64,000 nt of DNA from Dictyostelium discoideum (Eukaryota): assembly GCA_000004695.1 (NCBI GenBank), contig CM000151.3, positions 3,456,001-3,520,000 on the forward strand, in the 5' to 3' direction. Both the position numbers and the translations under genes were made by a program. The notes beneath the pieces are model-generated. The model saw nothing but the letters and a program-made list of their open reading frames with translations, had not been told where the DNA came from and did no database searches. Shown here piece by piece: positions 59,932 through 64,000 of the stretch. How positions within the stretch are numbered: position 1 is the stretch's first letter; the number at the start of each line of letters is the position of its first letter.

Positions 59932-60291
59932 GATATTCTAATTTGGAGAAAAAAATTTGATAAATCCTGAACATTCACTGAATGAATAGTGCATTTTTGT
60001 TGTTACAGATCCTTTCTCAAACAGGGATGAAAACTATATATGTTAATATATGTCGCTTATTCATTGGCGATTATTACATTTTCATCATTTGGATATACAA
60101 TCTTAAGAGAGATATACAAAAACAACCAACAAAAACAACTTCTTTTTGATTATTTCATTTTTCATATAAAAAGACTTAAAAACAAATAAATAAAGTCACT
60201 TATTTAAAAAAGCCATCTTTTTATTTTATTTTAATTTATTTTTTTTTTTTTGAAAATTTTGATTGGTGTAAACTTCTATTGGGGTTGGCGC

Positions 60292-60330
<39 letters not shown>

Positions 60331-60403
60331 TTTTTTTTTGCTCAAACTATTATATTTTGTTCCCTTTAAAAATGAAATAAAAAAGAAATATTGAAAAAAC
60401 GAA

Positions 60404-60404
<1 letters not shown>

Positions 60405-60502
<98 letters not shown>
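60405..60502. repeat. (AAT)n intergenic microsatellite
   Basis: Seen directly. Confidence 0.9.
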
Positions 60503-60599
60503 TAATTATAGCATCAGCATCAGTTAAAGGTATTGAATGGGATGAAATTCTATACAATTGAAGCATTGGATACTTGTTTTGTCATCAGTATTACCAAAA

Positions 60600-60878
60600 T
60601 TATAATGACTTGAACCATAACTTAAATGGAATATTCAATTGATCTCCATTTTTTTTTGATTTTTTACCTCTAAATGATTCTCTGGGATAACGTTTACAGT
60701 GATCCATTATAACTTTATTAACATTAACTTGTTGATGAATACTACTACAATGTCTGGAGTAGTGTGTTTTAAATTGCCCACAATCCAAACAATAACTATC
60801 TTCATCATAAAGATCATCTTCAATTGAAATAGATTTAACTTCTTTTTTAATTAATTGTTCATCTTCTTCCTTTATCAT
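60600..60878 (-). CDS. Hypothetical small acidic protein with a CxxC...HC zinc-ribbon-like motif (92 aa)
   Basis: ATG ORF; CLDCGQFKTHYSRHC. I recognised no family, and the surrounding context is repeat-rich. Confidence 0.3.
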   Translation of the reverse strand: MIKEEDEQLIKKEVKSISIEDDLYDEDSYCLDCGQFKTHYSRHCSSIHQQVNVNKVIMDHCKRYPRESFRGKKSKKNGDQLNIPFKLWFKSL

Positions 60879-61236
60879 TACTTTAATACAAAAAATACAA
60901 ACTCCAAGATCTCAATTATAAAATATTGATTGTGAACACATTATAGTACATACTTTACATTTAATTAAATCTTTAAAACTTCTAAAAATAAAAAAAAAAA
61001 ATAAAAAAAAAAAAAATTAATATGTGTAAATATTTAATAAAATATATTATATTTATATTAAAATAATATTTAAAATTTATATTATATTTATTTTTAAATA
61101 ATAATTAATAAAAAAAAAAAATTTTGAAAATATATAAAAAAAAAAAAAAGAGTTATTGCAATAGAAAATTATGATTTTTTTTAAAAAAAAAAAAAAAAGG
61201 TATTTTGGTGATCTAAATTTAAAAAATTCGTTTCTT

Positions 61237-61766
61237 TATAAAATTAATTTTAGTATAAATAGTTTAAATAAAATAAAGATAAACATTATTTTTAGTAGTA
61301 AAAGAGATAAATATATTATATATATAAATTATTATTATTATTATTTCTGTGTGTTCACGTATATTATGTATTTTATACAAGTTTCAAAATGTTTTTTACT
61401 TTTATTAATTTTTTTCTTTTTTTGTGAATCTTGAATAATGGAAATTATTATATATTCAAATGATGAAAAATGTAATAATCGCGAATAATTAAGCGACATA
61501 AATTTATATTTAAGTTTTTATCCCTGGTAAAATACAAATATAGAAATAGATCTGTAGCTGAAAAGACGTTAACAAATACAAGATTCTTACTTTATTCTCA
61601 GAAATTTTAGTAAAATTTATTTTAGTATAAATAGTAAATAAAATAAAAATTCATTGTTGTTTTATTCCAAATTGTGCACAAACTAAACTTATAATTTTTA
61701 TATAAGAGATATAATATTATTTTTTTTTTATTATTTATTATTAATTATTTCTGTGTGTTCAAGGGT
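61237..61766. repeat. Two diverged direct copies (61237-61358 and 61607-61766) of a ~130-160 bp element
   Basis: Shared motifs ttttagtataaatagt(t)taaataaaataaa and ttatttctgtgtgttca in the same order. Possible LTR/transposon relic. Confidence 0.4.
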
Positions 61767-61876
61767 CAAATTATTAAAAGTATTTAATAGGAATTTTTTT
61801 TTTTGAATGGAATAACGCAATTTTTAGTTGCTTCTTCTTGAGATATAACTCATTTTATTAATTTTATTATTAGATA

Positions 61877-61901
61877 TTACAGGTGCCTTTTAAGGTTGTA
61901 T

Positions 61902-61954
<53 letters not shown>

Positions 61955-62200
61955 TTGGGGGGTGTAGAGTGTGTTTAGTGACGTAATATATTTGTTGAGG
62001 TTTGATGGTAGTGCTACTGTGTGTAGTGGTGAGTTCCAGTGTTTGCTAAATCTTTCGAGTTGTAGGGAGATGATGTTTTTGAATTTTTTTGTTTGTTCGT
62101 TGTTGGTTGCTTTTTTTTCTTGTCTGATTAGTTTGTATATGTTGTTTTTTGTTTTTCCCAGGCTGCTGTTATTTAATAGAAATTGGAATACGACGTTCAT
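61877..62200 (-). pseudogene. Retroelement-like ORF fragment B, truncated exactly at the inverted-duplication junction (62200/62201)
   Basis: See fragment A. The A30 run at 61905-61950 lies inside it. Confidence 0.4.
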
Positions 62201-62625
62201 TACACAAATGTAATAAAGCTTGTTAGCTTTATAAATATATATAATTAATAATTATATAATTGAATAATACTTTGTTATCTTTATTTAATATTAGTTTATA
62301 TTTAATATTCAATATTGTTTATAAAATTATTCTTTAGTATTTATATTATTTATAATGAGTTGACAGTATTATTATTATTATTATTATTATATTATTTAAA
62401 TGTGTGTCAACTAAAATTAGTAATGTAATATGCATATTTAATATGTATTAATTTTATAGAGTAACTTTATTACAACAAAATCATAAGATTCGTTAGCTTG
62501 AATCGACAGCTTCTTAACTCAGGGGTAGAGTGCGAGGCCCATAACCTCGAGGTCCTAGGATCGAAACCTAGAGAAGCTAAATTTTAAAATTATATAGAAT
62601 ATGTCGCTAGTTCGATTCCTATTTC
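62201..62625. repeat. Inverted-duplication arm B
   Basis: Matches the reverse complement of 59055-59468. It ends in a 15-bp perfect hairpin (62604-62618 / 62635-62649). Confidence 0.75.
62508..62579 (+). tRNA. Initiator tRNA-Met (anticodon CAT), copy B, identical sequence in inverted orientation
   Basis: Exact reverse complement of copy A, sitting inside an inverted duplicated block. Confidence 0.8.
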
Positions 62626-62889
62626 ATTTATTCAGAATCGAACTAGCGAGAACTTATAATTATCCAAACGGTTTTAAGAATTTATTGAAATTAATTTTTA
62701 TTATTCATGAACATGGTTTAATAACATTGATCAAAAAAAAAAAAAAAAAAAACCAATAATATTAATACAATATTTTACAATTAAAATTTTTAATTTGATT
62801 ATTTAAATTGAAAAAAGAATAATAAATTTAAATTTTAAAATTCAAAAATATTAAAAAAAAATTGATATTTTAGATAAACTAATTAATCA

Positions 62890-62928
<39 letters not shown>

Positions 62929-63163
62929 ATTTTAATCAACTGTATTAAAATATTTTTAATTTTTTAATATAAAATTAAAAAAATATAATTTTCTTTAGTT
63001 AGATTCCTCAATAATAATTATAGCTTTTAAAAAGATAAATAAAAAAAGAAATATATAAATTAAAAGACTAAACATAAAAATTAAATTATAAAAAAGAAAA
63101 TATTTTATTAAATAATTATTAAATTATAAAAATAAAATCCAAACAAAAAAAAAAAAATTGATT

Positions 63164-63196
<33 letters not shown>

Positions 63197-63294
63197 TTAA
63201 ACCCCAAAAAGTAAAAAGATTTTTTTTTTTTTTTTGTTTTCTTTTAAAAGTTTGAGATTATTTTAAAATTGGGAAATTTCACTTGCCCCCAATA

Positions 63295-63326
<32 letters not shown>

Positions 63327-63559
63327 TTAGTTTTTAAAAAATCAAATCTTTGCAAAAATAAATTTAAACAATGATTACTTTTTTGTCAATTTACAAAAAA
63401 AATTAAAAATAATTAAATTTAAAAAATAAAAAAAAAAAAAAAAAAAACCAATTAAAAAAAGAAAAAGTATAAAAAGAAAAAAAATTTTTAATTAAAATCA
63501 TTAAATTGAAAAATTAAAATTTCATACAAATTATCTTTTTAAATAATAAAATTTATAAA

Positions 63560-64000
63560 ATGTCTACCCAAGGTTTAGTTCAACTTATCTCAAATGCTCA
63601 ATGTCATTTAAGAACCTCAACCAATTACAATGATGTCCACACTCAATTTAATGCTGTTTTAAACTATAAAAACAAAGGTACCAATACTATTGATGGTTCA
63701 GAAGCTTGGTGTTCATCAATCGTAGATACCAACCAATACATTGTTGCTGGTTGTGAAGTTCCACGTACTTTTATGTGTGTTGCTCTCCAAGGTCGTGGTG
63801 ATCATGATCAATGGGTTACATCATACAAAATCCGTTATTCATTAGATAATGTTACCTGGTCTGAATATCGTAATGGTGCTGCTATTACTGGTGTAACTGA
63901 TCGTAACACTGTTGTTAATCATTTCTTTGATACTCCAATTAGAGCTCGTTCAATTGCTATCCACCCATTAACCTGGAATAACCACATTTCATTAAGATGT
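63560..64000 (+). CDS. dsc: Discoidin I (discoidin-domain lectin), 5' part; the CDS runs off the window end
   Basis: [147 protein letters not shown] is recognisably discoidin I. GC-richer codons are typical of a highly expressed gene. It is absent from the ORF track because there is no stop before the window edge. Confidence 0.8.
   Translation, partial: MSTQGLVQLISNAQCHLRTSTNYNDVHTQFNAVLNYKNKGTNTIDGSEAWCSSIVDTNQYIVAGCEVPRTFMCVALQGRGDHDQWVTSYKIRYSLDNVTWSEYRNGAAITGVTDRNTVVNHFFDTPIRARSIAIHPLTWNNHISLRC

Overview
This window reads as nuclear genomic DNA from a dictyostelid amoeba, most likely Dictyostelium discoideum. The basis is roughly 75-80% AT composition, long homopolymer A/T runs between genes and (AAT)n/(CAA)n microsatellites translated as polyAsn/polyGln inside genes. 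Introns are short and AT-rich with GTAAGT/GTATGT donors and AG acceptors, and a discoidin I gene runs off the 3' edge. I support about 22 protein-coding genes, most needing manual splice reconstruction beyond the ORF track (which also reports TTG/GTG starts). They are: a BIG/GBF-type Sec7 ArfGEF; an FNIP-repeat protein; a secreted AA10-type LPMO-like protein; an unusual desaturase with a His-box-less FAD2-like domain fused to an OLE1-type delta-9 desaturase and cytochrome b5; a ~2040-aa helical protein; a SWC5/CFDP1 (BCNT) homologue; two small Cys-rich secreted paralogues; an SDR; an IRE1-like (irl-type) kinase/KEN protein; a GNAT acetyltransferase; a UBLCP1 phosphatase; a 58-aa endosulfine micro-gene; an STE20-family kinase; a Dicty_CTDC Cys-repeat protein; TDP1; a rhamnose-mutarotase-like protein; a TraB-family protein; a GH25-like lysozyme; and several hypotheticals. 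The 3' quarter is an accessory region. A TRE-type non-LTR retrotransposon (ORF1/ORF2 and a poly(A) tail) lies about 100 bp downstream of an initiator tRNA-Met gene. That tRNA plus about 400 bp of flank is present a second time in inverted orientation 3.3 kb away, with diverged retroelement-like fragments between the two copies. There are no CRISPR arrays or prokaryotic operons. All calls rest on reading the sequence and on recalled family motifs; no database searches were run.
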